From assembly GCA_000934665.2 (NCBI GenBank), contig JYFJ02000553.1:1-64000 (forward strand): 64,000 nt of DNA, read 5' to 3'. The notes beneath the pieces were generated by a model. That model ran no database searches. It was not told where the DNA came from and saw nothing but the letters and a program-made list of their open reading frames with translations. The stretch is from Catajapyx aquilonaris. Its lineage: Eukaryota. The number at the start of each line of letters is the position of its first letter. Positions within the stretch are counted from its first letter, which is position 1. Shown here one piece after another: positions 13,313-28,269 of this stretch. Both the position numbers and the translations under genes were made by a program.

Positions 13313-14929
13313 TCACTTATGAGTTTCCTTGGCTTTGCTTTTCTTACTTTCAGCAAGGTTGCGCCACTGTGTAAATAGAATAACGTCGTCAGGAGTTGCC
13401 TCCTCTTGCTGTGCGATGTAAGCCAGTGCTGCTTCAAGGGCCTTCAGTCCTTCGCTATGATTAATTCTCTTCACATTGTCTCTTCGCACCTCTTCACCGC
13501 AAACCATTCTCTTCCCATTTTCATTCGTCTCTTTGTCTTGTCCCAGTCCAACATCTGCATCATCTTCGTTGACACTCCGATTCACTAGAGCTATAATGTC
13601 AAGATCAGTCAGCTCTTGTTTCTTGTCTTTCTCCATCCACTCCTGTATATCACGAACACTCACATTCTCACAGCCTAGAACTTGTTGTAACAAAAGTAGC
13701 AGGTTATCACAATTTTCTCGCGCTATATCCAGAACAACTGTGCCGTCCAAAAGTAAAGGTCTCCATGATCTTGCCAATACACGTGGTTCAATCCTCTCCC
13801 ACGACTGAGCAATCCAGAAAAAAATTTCCCTTAGGCTCACATTCCTCAGCTTGCCCAGTATACCACATACAAAGTCTCTTTCCTGAACAAGAGCAGTTAA
13901 AAGCTTATGACGATACTTGATCTTCAATGTTTCAACCACATCCCGGTCCATGCGACAACATGCGGCGACATTCGAAGGAATAAGCATAATTCGAATGTTC
14001 CTGCTACACAGTAAGCCCTCCTCAGGAAGATACGATGCATTTTCAAGGAGAAGAATTGCATTCCGTGGTAGACTAAGAGATCTCAAAAAGTGTGTTACTG
14101 AAGGTACAAATTCCATGAAGAACCATCTTTGGAAAATTTGTCGATCTACGCAGCCATCCTTCTGGTACTGATATGAAACTGGCAAAGTAGGATTTAGGGT
14201 TTCCAAAGCCTCTTGACATTTGTCCTTTCCAATTAATGTCAGTTTCAGTTGGTGGCTACCATTAGCATTACTGCAGCCTAGAATTGTCACTCTTTCCTTC
14301 CCCTGATGATAATCAAGAGGCAAAGTCTGGGCCTGATATCGTAATATTGCTGAAGGCAACACTTTACAATTCAAGCCTGTCTCATAGAAAGCGTACAGCT
14401 GGTCAGAAGACAGCCCTTCCTCTATGACGTAGCTACGCAATTTACTTTTAAATTTCACAAATTCTTCACAGTTTTGTGACAGCTTTTCACTGGAGATATT
14501 GAGCTGCCTTATGCCGTATCGTTTTTTCCAGCCATCAAGCCAGCCTACACTGGCTGTGAAATAAGACTCCCCTTCATTAAGTTCCTTTTGGAAAAACAGG
14601 GCTTTCTCTTGCAGTATTTTGTCTGTGAGAAGAGTGCCCTTATTCCTCTGCTGTGTGTACCACAAGTACAGACCCTCACTCACCTTCTCATATTCACACC
14701 TCTTTGTCTTTCTGTCCTTCAGTCCTTCATTTGAATCCCGCTCAATGCACCCCTTCTCCAAGTCACCTTTTCGCTTCTTCCAATCACTAATTGTGACTTG
14801 CCCCACACCTAAGTCGGTTGCTACGTTTCTCAAGCTCTCTCCTTTGTCAAGTCTCTTTAAGGCTTCACATTTTTGTTGAATTGAAAGAATCATTTTCTTT
14901 CTCTTTTTATCTGCTATGTTCTCGCTAGA
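13313..14929 (-). CDS. Tigger/Jerky-like transposase-derived coding exon (538 codons, uninterrupted)
   Basis: pogo-family motifs are present but the catalytic residues are altered: NxDETG becomes AFYETG, LLLDN becomes LLLEN, QPMDQG becomes CRMDRD. No flanking TIRs were seen. Confidence 0.92.
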   Translation of the reverse strand, partial: SSENIADKKRKKMILSIQQKCEALKRLDKGESLRNVATDLGVGQVTISDWKKRKGDLEKGCIERDSNEGLKDRKTKRCEYEKVSEGLYLWYTQQRNKGTLLTDKILQEKALFFQKELNEGESYFTASVGWLDGWKKRYGIRQLNISSEKLSQNCEEFVKFKSKLRSYVIEEGLSSDQLYAFYETGLNCKVLPSAILRYQAQTLPLDYHQGKERVTILGCSNANGSHQLKLTLIGKDKCQEALETLNPTLPVSYQYQKDGCVDRQIFQRWFFMEFVPSVTHFLRSLSLPRNAILLLENASYLPEEGLLCSRNIRIMLIPSNVAACCRMDRDVVETLKIKYRHKLLTALVQERDFVCGILGKLRNVSLREIFFWIAQSWERIEPRVLARSWRPLLLDGTVVLDIARENCDNLLLLLQQVLGCENVSVRDIQEWMEKDKKQELTDLDIIALVNRSVNEDDADVGLGQDKETNENGKRMVCGEEVRRDNVKRINHSEGLKALEAALAYIAQQEEATPDDVILFTQWRNLAESKKSKAKETHK

Positions 14930-17900
14930 CTGTAAAGAGAAAATACAATTAGAAAGGAAAGCAATCACAGTTCTGACCAATGCAGCACATGGATTATTCA
15001 CGCGTAAAAATGAATGAATGAAGCTATGCTGATAACTCTCACACAGCCCTCATGACTGGCCACTGACGGAAGGAATTATAGTTTCCACTTGATATTCAGT
15101 ACTTCTGTCATTGTGCTCACGACTGTACCACTAGCACCCAGCTGAGACTAATGGCATTGTAAAAATTATTTCCTCACTTTACATTTCAATTGAACCACCA
15201 ATACATCTTCAATCTAGCTTTTACAAGCAGACACATGAGATATAATTTAGTTAGTGTTTTTTATAGGAACAGCATAGATTCCTATTGTAACCACTACAAT
15301 CAATCAACAAATGTTACAAGTCTCAAGCTTCAAGTCACGTATTGCGACTTTCGATTTGCATTGCCCTTAATCAGAAAGTACGTCTCCTCAGGAGCTCCTG
15401 GTCTCCTACGTTTGTGGCCAACTGGGAGTAACTTGCAAATTATTTCAAACATGACACTAGTGTGATGATAATTGAAGCCATCCTTACATTCACAGCAACA
15501 TTATATCATGTGGCTATCATGTGTGATATGGAGTTGTCCAACGAGGAAGGTCCACTGCTTACAGAAATTATGTTACGAAGATACGGGGAACTCATCGCAA
15601 TCTTTGTCTGACTTAATCGTTTTGTGTGATGTCACTGCTGTTGGTGCAAAATACAGTTGAATCCCGATTATCTGTCACCAACGGGACTGGGGCATTGTCA
15701 GATAACCGAAAAGGTCAGATAATCCGAGAAGTAAAGAACTTCAATAAAACACAACAAAACATAAAAACACGAAATAACATTCAATATTATGGTGCTATAA
15801 GAAATAGTGAAGTATTTATCTTATACACACTCTACTGTACAGTATTTACAATTTAACTATGGCAGAATAAATAAATGTGTAGAAAACATTACAGTATTTC
15901 ATGAAAAAAAAAAATGATTTATTGCCAGAGCGGGACGGTCTGATAAATCGAGGAGTCGGATAATCGAGGTTCTAATGCAGCTCCTATTGTGTGCACAACT
16001 GCTGTGTGCTGATAAATCAGGAAGATGCAGTGAGAGAATACGGGCTTAACCAGTTGGAAATAATGAAAACCCTGAAACCTGAAATTCAAATATTATTAAT
16101 TTGAGAGGGGAGAGGGATAAGGGTGCTGGAAAAACTGTCACACCACCCAACAGAACAGGCCAATGCAGAAAGCAGGGGGAAAAAACTACTTCAAAATTGT
16201 CTTCCCCTTACAAAATTTCAGGTGTTAAAGTCCAACTGCAAGTTTCTGTTCAATAAAATATTTTCTACTACTACAAAATATCTCTTCCACTGTATTTGAA
16301 CTTTAAAATCTGCAATGTACAAGTAATCACTTCTATAATAATAAAGAGATAAATCTGTCCATCTCTCCTAATCAAACAGCAAGGTTGTCATCTTCATTTT
16401 CCTTGTTATCATCCGAGTCACTTCCTCCCCGGGCTCCAGTGTTTCTGCATCTCCTGTCATTCCTGCCAATGACCTTGTGGCAATACTCCTTTGCCTGCAT
16501 CCAAAGCTCAATTGGATTCAGGTGGCAGTGGTACGTCGACAGGCGAACAACCCCGCCGTGGCCATGCTGCTGCAGGTACTCATCGACAATGTAGCTCTTG
16601 AACGTCAACTTGTTCACCCCCACCAGAGCTACCAGTTGCTTTTTAAAATCAGCATCGTTGAAGATGCCGTGTGATGATACCCTAAGTGTCATGTTGGTAA
16701 TGTGGCTCGGCTCAAGCAGGTGCAGTCATCCGTCTACTTTCAATCACTATAGATCCAACTGCTTCAAAACTATTCGCAGGCTGCTCAAGCCTCCATTAAA
16801 TCCTACTTTCTGGGCACGCAGCTCATTGAGGATTTCCTTCCCGGTGGGCTGATGGCCCCTCGACATCATCTCCTGCACAATCCTCCTTATGGCAGACTTG
16901 GTGAGGTCATCTAGCGCCGTGACTGGTGCAGCCCTATTTCGCTTCTTACCAGGAGTTTTGAGTGGCTCTCCTCTCTCTGCCTTACTTGAGATCCTGCTCA
17001 GCGTGGAAAGAGAAATCTGGAAAGTAACACTGAGAATTATTCTCCTGCCCACATGTTACATACATGCGCAACCAACTACTATGTCGCAGAGAAGGGCATC
17101 AGAAATTTCATCAATATTTTTTGTCCATCATGGTCTCTAGTTCAGCAGAACTGTCTGCCACTGCACCAAGGTAAAAGTTTTGGGTCCGAAATAATTTTAC
17201 TATGCTGTTCAAGTTTCATGACATATTGCAAATTATCACAGCTGTTATTATGTGAAATATGCAGACATTACTTAAGAAGAGAGGAACTGAGAGAGACTCA
17301 CATAAATAATGTACGTAACACAATTATCACTCACCTTAAGTATGGCAGCAGCTCGTTCATTGACGGACTCAAAGGGAATGATGGGGCCTTTGAGGTCCCT
17401 CTCAGCCTTGCAGAACTCGAGGGCCGCCACAACCATCTGCTGGGCTTGGCTATTAAGGGCTTTTCCCTGAAACGCCATTATCACAACCAGTCGAAAAGAT
17501 CATACCAACACAACCACAAGCAGACAAGAAAGTAAAGAAAGGAAAGGGTATGGAAGGGAAAACGCAGTATATCCAAAGCAATTCCTTCTCTCTGTGTGCA
17601 TATGCCGAGGAGACAGGTAAGTTGGTACGTGATCAACGATTACGTCAGACAAAGGCTGAGTTCCCTTTAGGCAAGAGGCAGAAACACCTGTTTCGCCTGG
17701 TTCACTAAGATTTTTGGAGCAACTGATGCTTGACAGTGTGTACCAGAAAAGTGAAAGCTAGTAGTGCAAATCCGAGTTGTATAGTTCAAAAGTCTGGGTC
17801 AATGCCACGTGCATTTGAAACTGGAAAAAACTTATACGAATATGAGGATGGCTTCAACTATAAAACTGAAGCTCTAAATTTCCCAATCATTTTGTATGTG

Positions 17901-18405
17901 CATAAACAACTTATAAAAACGACAGGCTTTTGGCCCATGGAGCCCGCGAAAGGCCTTTTCCCATATTGTGCGCACTAAATTGACTGGAAATTAAAATGAT
18001 CTGTGGCAAAATTCACCCAAGCGCTTCTCTGCCGCATGTGCCTGTGCATGTTGACAGAGGCTGTCACCATCACTAACAAATGTCCCTGAAACGCACCTGG
18101 CCTATGAAAGACTCTTCCCCTGAGTCACTGCTCGTCTCCTGCTGCACATTCTCTTCCTTTGTGTCCACAAAAGCTCCAGATTCATCTCCACGAGTGTCCG
18201 CCACTGCCTGCTTAGGGTCATCTGGTTCCTCCATTTTCACAGCCACCATTTCAAACGCCGGGGATTCTTCTTCAGGGGGTTCCTCCTTCACCTGAGTCAT
18301 CCACGTCTCCTCCGTGGTTATCTCCTCTTCCTCCTCCTTCACCTCAGTCTTCACCTCTGCGGTTATGTCCTCGTCCACCTCCGTCTTCACTGTCACCAAT
18401 GACAT
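13313..18405 (-). CDS. Chimeric gene: zinc-finger-paralog acidic N-terminal exon fused to a domesticated pogo/Tigger (Jerky/CENP-B-like) transposase, ~641 aa
   Basis: Exon A 18405-18097 (309 nt, donor CAG|GTGCGT, phase 0) joins exon B 14929-13313 (acceptor ttttctctttacag, phase 0) in frame. Exon B encodes two CENP-B-type HTH regions (KRKKMILSIQQK..., LYLWY...FTASVGWLDGWKKRYGI) and a DDE_1-like domain. AATAAA on the minus strand at ~13062-13067. Confidence 0.8.
15654..15977. mobile_element. MITE with ~20-bp imperfect TIRs (pogo-like)
   Basis: TA|CAGTTGAATCCCGATTATC ... GATAATCGAGGTTCTAATG. A second copy is at 11351. Confidence 0.75.
16372..17478 (-). mobile_element. Internally deleted IS630/Tc1-superfamily transposase remnant containing a spliceosomal intron
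   Basis: Exon 17478-17335 (…ERAAAILK|GTGAGT) joins an acceptor at 17016 (ISLSTLSRI…) in phase 0. The C-terminal fragment YIVDE..HGH.VVRLSTYHCHLNPIELW resembles the LPPYHCELNPIE motif. The middle of the gene is missing. Confidence 0.75.
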
Positions 18406-18697
18406 GGCTGTAAGTGGTAAGATAAGCAAGTTAGAGCCAACCTGTACCTTGCAAAGTGTGCATTAAAGATCGGTACACCACCAGACCTCCTCCGATCCGA
18501 TTCAGCCGGACGTCTCAGAAGAAACGAGGAAATGGAAATTCGGGAAAGCTCAACAGCCCAAGTGTGGCAGCCATGTTGGGTGCGTTCGAACCTATGACGC
18601 CTCTGTAGGCGAGATTCCGTAACCCACACCGTTTGGCTCAGGGTCGGAAGGTCGGTCGGTCGTGCCGGTCCGCCGGTCGTGCGGCCGTGAACCAATA

Positions 18698-18731
18698 GTG
18701 TGGCTCCCGGAATATATTCCGGAAGCCACAC
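18698..18731. repeat. 34-bp near-perfect palindrome in the CpG-rich region upstream of the chimeric gene
   Basis: GTGTGGCTCCCGGAATATATTCCGGAAGCCACAC, with one mismatched pair. Confidence 0.85.
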
Positions 18732-19468
18732 CACCTGGCTTGAGGTCGCACTCGCACGGCCCGTGTGTCGCGGTTTCAGTATAATATAGGCCAAAGAAAC
18801 TTCACATTTTCGCCCGGACATTACAAAATGAGCCGAAATATGTAATACAAAACGACGCTGCAAAAGTGCATCAGGCTTGCAGGAACATGATAGTCTACAG
18901 TTCACATGAACAGGGTGACTATGAGAGTGACAGTGTAACTAACGGAGAAGCAACTTCACATTTTCCCCAATATATGGCATTCAGACAATTTATTTAACGT
19001 GGCCATCGGGGTCAATGCTGTCAATAAGGGTGACAGTTTATGTTGTTGTTGTCGTCATTGTTGTATAGACTGCTTCACTGGCAGCCTTCACTGCTGGCCA
19101 GCATACTTTGATTTAACCACGAGCTAATTGATTTAACTCAACCTGTACATATCTGAATAGCACGTGACGCTAAAATTCTGCAATGAACAATAAGTTTCCG
19201 CTATACCCTCCTGAGACCCGAGAAGCCACTTGTGCAATTATTTAGTAATACTTTGGAAGAACCCTGTGTAGTGGAGGTGTAGAAGCCATTTTTCAGAATT
19301 TCATATTTTTGTTGCAATCACTTATTGCAAAATTAAATGTCCAATATATACGACATTGGGTCTTAGCTATAACATTCCTTCTCTATATTTTTCAATGAAT
19401 TTAGAAAAAAAACCTTTACAGCAGTCTGTATCTTACGTTTTCCTTGTACAGTATAGGGCTCCATACTA

Positions 19469-20199
19469 CTGGGTGTCCCACTACTTCCCGAACCGGCAAA
19501 ATGCCGCATAACTGGTAAACCACTTCATGTAGGGCGATGAAATTTTACGGGGACATAGCTTGATCCATGAGAAAAACTGGCTGCAGGTGAGTGCTTAGCG
19601 GAATAAGGCGCAAGCATGTACCGCTACACTCTGGAAGAGCGCGTGTTTCTGGTGCGCACGTACTGGAGAACCCAGTCATTCAAGCAGTGTCAAGTGGAAT
19701 TCGTGAAGGAGTTTGGTGGACGGAAGCCTCCGGTCAAATCGTGTATCCATGATTTGGCTACTTTCAGCAGGACGGAGCAACATGCCACACATCGAGGGTC
19801 AGCATGGCCGTCATCAATTCCTTCATCCCAGGCCGAGTCATTTCCAAGGGGATTTGGCCACGACGATCACCCGATTTAACTCCACCGGATTATTTCCTGT
19901 GGGGTTACCTAAAAGGACAGGTCCACAAAACAAACCAAGAACTATCCCAGCACTGCAGGAAAATATCCGTTCCGCAATTGAAGGGATAACTCCCGAGATG
20001 CTGGCCTGCACTTTCGCGAACATGGAGCGTCGTGTTCAGTCCTGCTTGGACACAAATGGGGGCCATTTTCAGCATCTTCTATGACAATATGTTACTGTCA
20101 CAGACCAAGGTATGTACCCGTAAAATTTCATCGCCCTACATCAAGTGGTTTACCAGTTATGCACCATTTTCCCGGTTCGGGAGGTAGTGGGACACCCTG
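19469..20199 (+). mobile_element. Non-autonomous Tc1/mariner-superfamily element (DUF4817-type), internally deleted
   Basis: ~89-bp TIRs (19469-19557 and 20111-20199) flanked by TA on both sides. The N-terminal HTH fragment (MYRYTLEERVFLV…) abuts the catalytic C-terminus FQQDGATCH…WPRRSPDLTPPDYFLWG…GGHFQHLL, with frameshifts. Confidence 0.93.
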
Positions 20200-20479
20200 T
20201 AGATGTTACATTTGCCGAGTGTCCCCTGTAGGGGACGGCCCTTTTCTTACAATCTAGCATTCCATAATTTTTTTATCATTCTTGTTGTGTTTTGGGGACT
20301 ATTATGAACTAATAAAAAAAAAACAATAAACAACAAAATTTGAACAAAAAATCTTTCAGGCATATCTGGGTTAAATAGGATTATTGTTGGCACAAAAATG
20401 AAGAGAGAGGATGCCAATGCACAATAAATTTCGAGTACCCCCAACATTGAGGTGTCTAAGATCTTTTGGTTGTAAATTG

Positions 20480-22453
20480 AGCAAAAAGTGATGTTCATTG
20501 AACAGGATTTGCTTCTGGCTCTCCCACTTGTTCATGAGTGTGGGATATATGTAATCTTTCTGGACATTGTAGAAGTGGGTCTCGCTCAGATGGGGATGGC
20601 CATATCTTCCAGTAGCTCATGCATCCTGGTGTATGCAAGACGACGATGCAGGTGGGTAGGAGTATGTTCCCCAAGGCTGGAGAACGTCCACCGGAGAGTG
20701 TCTGGTCACTCTCCCAATTGACTTATGCCAAGCTTATGCCCATTCATGCATTCCATGCTGACTCTCACCATGCTACCCTGTGTGGCTTGGCTCTTTTCCT
20801 GGACAGGTTCGCCACAGCGGAGGCACTTCAAGAATAACTGTCCTAGTTGTTCTTCATGAACAAGATGATAGGGACCCTTATTGCAGCTGAACTGTTTTGT
20901 CGACGTTTCAGATATTGAGTCCAGATCTATTATCAGAATAACTAGACTCATTCGGTATTTGATAATATGATTCCTCATACGGTGCAGAATGACTCAATGG
21001 CGTGAGGCTGACATCGAGAGTACACTCTGTGGGTGAGGTCAGGGAAAAGGTTCACTTCGGTATTTGCCCACACCATTATAGTAACAATGTCATACAGGGA
21101 CTACTGTCAAGCTATTATGTCATGAGGTGCAAATAATTAATGGTGAACTACAGAGAGAAAATCACACAGGGTTTTGTGGGATGGTATCAGTTTGCAAACT
21201 TATTATTGTTAGCTGTAATAGCAATACTCAGGCGTAAATGGACTTCTTGCAATGAACATTGGTACCGGTAGCTCACCTAGGTCAGGTGCTTTGTTGCGTT
21301 TCGGAGTTGATGTCAATGGCCCCTCTGCATCCTGAATGCCTGCACACGTTTGCACCTCTTTAGAGATGCAAAGAGGAGGACATTCTGTTTGACTGCTCTT
21401 GTTAACTGCCTCCTTTCTGTCATTTAAGCACTGTGTGAATGCATTTTTCGTGGGCTTGATGTATAAATTGCATTGCACAGAAGCACGTCTGAACCTCGTT
21501 TCATCTCTTCTCATGTTCTGCAAGGTGAAGGAAATAACAATGCCAAAGCCTGGGGTGACAACATGGGTTCCTAGTCAGCAAAGGGTGAGCATGGGTTCCC
21601 TAGTCACCTCTGGTGATAGCCAATGTGAATGTCATGCATCAAATTGGATATATGTGACAGGGGTAGGTGTTATTGTTGTTGCAAGTACCCCATTCGCCTC
21701 GTACCTTATCATGCTTCTTCTACTGTACATTGACTGGCAATAATGGAAATAAACTAAGACACCTACCGGTGTGCAGGTAGACAGATCGTCACCTGAACCT
21801 GTTGCGGATGGTGTGAAAGATGTGCTCTGTGGAGAACAAATGGTGCACTTAGATATGACATGTTCCAAATGTGAACTTGCCTGGTCGTGAAAGCACCTAC
21901 CTGTGTGCAGGTTGACAGATCGTCACCTGAACCTGATGCGGATGGTGTGAAAGATGTGCTCTGTGGAGAACAAATGGTGCACTTAGATATGACATGTTCC
22001 AAATGTGAACTCGCCTGGTCGTGAAAGCACCTACCGGTGTGCAGGTTGACAGATCATCACCTGAACCTGCTGCGGATGGTGTGAAAGATGTGCTCTGAGG
22101 AGAACAAATGGTGCACTTAGATATGACACGTTCCAAATGTGAACTGGCCTGGCCGTGAAAGCACCTACTGGCAGTATTGGGACAGCGTTGGCCTTTAGAA
22201 GCCGCCTCATCTGCCCTGGTCGACGAGGAAATATTCCCTGCTTGTCAAAGTGTTCCATACACACCCTATGTCTTGGCTGGGGTGCATGAGTTGCCGGTAA
22301 ATTCAGCGATGCTAGCCATGCTTGCATCAAATCCGGATTGCCTCTGGGAAACGTGAAGAAACTGATGCCGTCGCCTATTCTCCGTCGGCGACGACATACA
22401 ACGCAAAAATCACTCGTGCAATCTCCACTACCAGGTGCTTCTTGCTCCGCCAT
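20480..22453 (-). mobile_element. Truncated THAP-domain transposase gene (Kolobok-like), multi-exon and degenerate
   Basis: THAP domain (CVVC..FFTFP..W..RVCMEHF..LKANAVP) at 22453-22169. Downstream fragments include LVHEEQLGQLFLKCLRCG…CMNGH, ALGNILL and LSETHFYNVQKDYIYPTLMNKWE, with frameshifts. The DDE core is not visible. The Kolobok assignment is from motif recall. Confidence 0.65.
21767..22168 (-). repeat. Three tandem 134-bp repeats, each a 74-nt intron plus a 60-nt in-frame mini-exon
   Basis: Units are 22168-22035, 22034-21901 and 21900-21767. Each starts GTAGGT, and a CAG acceptor precedes STSFTPSAxGSGDDLSTCT(P/Q). Confidence 0.92.
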
Positions 22454-24557
22454 GATTATCAGGCTGTCAGTCAGCTCCAGCCGTTCACATGATCGTACAT
22501 GATACAGCGACCATGATACATGCTTCATTGGCGGCCATTTTGACGGCCGCATTCGGATGGCTGCAAAATCAGTTACTTCAGGTCTTCACCACCAGATGCC
22601 TCAAGAGTTTGCCACTCCCCTACCGTATCCAACCTACCGTCCCAATAGTCACCAGAGATCACAATAGTGATTCTGCTAAATCACAAGGTTCACATGGACT
22701 AGTAATAATCAGATTCATTACAATATGAAATAGGATCTATTTTATTTGCACTTTCTCCTCTGATTTCAACAGTGTACGACACATCTGAATAAATTACCTC
22801 ACCATAGTAGAGCATGGGGACACTGTGTTCTTTTTTTTTTATATAAGTTTTCTTTTTTAGCTTTTAACTACAACTCTCTATACAACAATGTACAAAATAC
22901 CATGGCCTGCAAATCAAACCATTGTTTTTTTTTTCCTGAACATAATTCGTCGTTCACTTGCGTCAGTCATGTAACAAGTACATGCCACCAAAAACAGAGA
23001 AAAAGAAAAGTTCCGTCGTTTCAATCTTTCCTGGGGTGAGTGTTAAATTGTAGGGCGGGACACACTACCCAATACATACTTATATAAAGGTACTTATACC
23101 GTATATATCTATATGCATATTATTACAACACTAACAGACATAATCTCAGGACATCAAACAGGTTGAGGGGAGGATATTAAAAAATTGGGGAACAAACACA
23201 ACAAACAATATAAAAGGGTGGTGAACTGTCTATAAAATTAGGTGACTTAGTAACAAAAAAAAAAGAGAGAGAGAGAGATAATAAATGAGAGAAAAGAAGG
23301 AAGCCTTGGTCATTTGTACCATGACAGTTCTTTTTTCGACCACTGAATAAAGTGGAGGAAAAAAAATCACACGTTAATCGCTTCTTTTTTTCCCCACTCT
23401 CAGCAGTGCCTGAAGTGAGCCAGAGTTATGCTCCGATTCCCCATGTCCCTGCAAACATTACGTATTGCACCCGCAAAAGTTCAAGAATCCAAAACACACC
23501 CGTGAATACAAGACGATGTATAGTAAGTACCCTTCTGAAATTGTTAACCTAACCCCGCATTCTCACCAACCCTCGATAGAGACTTGTTAAATATATTTTT
23601 AAGAGGTATAAAATACACAAATTAATTAAAAATCTTTGGTTTACTCTCACTTCAAGCACTGGCATGACCCATCGGTACCAGTAACAAACCCAAAACATTC
23701 ATTACGTCTGGGATTATTCACACTTCGCCTACTCTTTTTTTGATCTACACTGAATGAAAAATAATAATACACCGGCTCGTGCCGCACTTCTTTCGCGTCA
23801 CGGCATGATTGATCCAAAAGCCTCTTTTTTGTACAGATATTTTGCAGTCAAATTTAAATGTGAATCTGGCCTCTAAATTTTCACGATCGATTTGGATTGG
23901 TCATTGTGAACACAATCTAATTCAAACTAATGTATCAAAAAGGTATGAAAAAACCAGTAGTTGAAACCCTGACAACTGTCCATACTATTGAAGACAAGAA
24001 ATTTTCAAGGTCTATCGACTGGGCATCTAAGACCTAATGAGTAAAATCACACAACCAACGCAGCAATCGGGAGATTGAAACTGTAGCCGCAGAGTCAAAA
24101 ATCACAATGCGAGAAGCACTTGCTTAAGAAAATGAAGTGTTGGGGGGACGGCATTGAGTCAGAAACGAAGCAAAGAGAACCCAAAAAAGTCCTCCAAGTT
24201 TACAAAAATAGTGTTGACTTTACAACAATGCCTACCTCTCTTTTCTGCACGTGCGTGTATATCTCCAACCCGATATGATCCCATGATTGTTGTTACGTTA
24301 TTTCTTTTTGATCTCTACTGTACTGCACAATTTTTGAAATGGGCAAATACTTAAAAAACTGGCCTAGAAAATTTGCTCCGAAAGTTTTTGTCATGTTGTT
24401 TTTTCCTGAGGGATGGAAGATATCAACCAACCTTTAATACGTCTCCCAGTTTCTTGAGCCAGGTTGGGGGGGTATGTTGGGGGAGGGCAAGTTAAAATAC
24501 TGGTAGTGAAGAAATTCAAGACAGTTGGCAAAACAAATAAAAAGATGGCCACAGAAA

Positions 24558-28269
<3,712 letters not shown>

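Noticed and set aside
14930..15001. N-terminal extension of the 562-aa Tigger ORF
   Set aside because: It has a non-ATG start and runs through a pyrimidine tract and acceptor, so it is intronic.
19206..19370. Possible piggyBac-like MITE ends (CCCTCCTGAGACCC / GGGTCTTAG)
   Set aside because: The match is too short and there is no TTAA flank.
21767..22168. 134-bp repeats as a CRISPR-like array
   Set aside because: These are direct tandem units without unique spacers in a eukaryotic context, and intron+exon duplication explains them.
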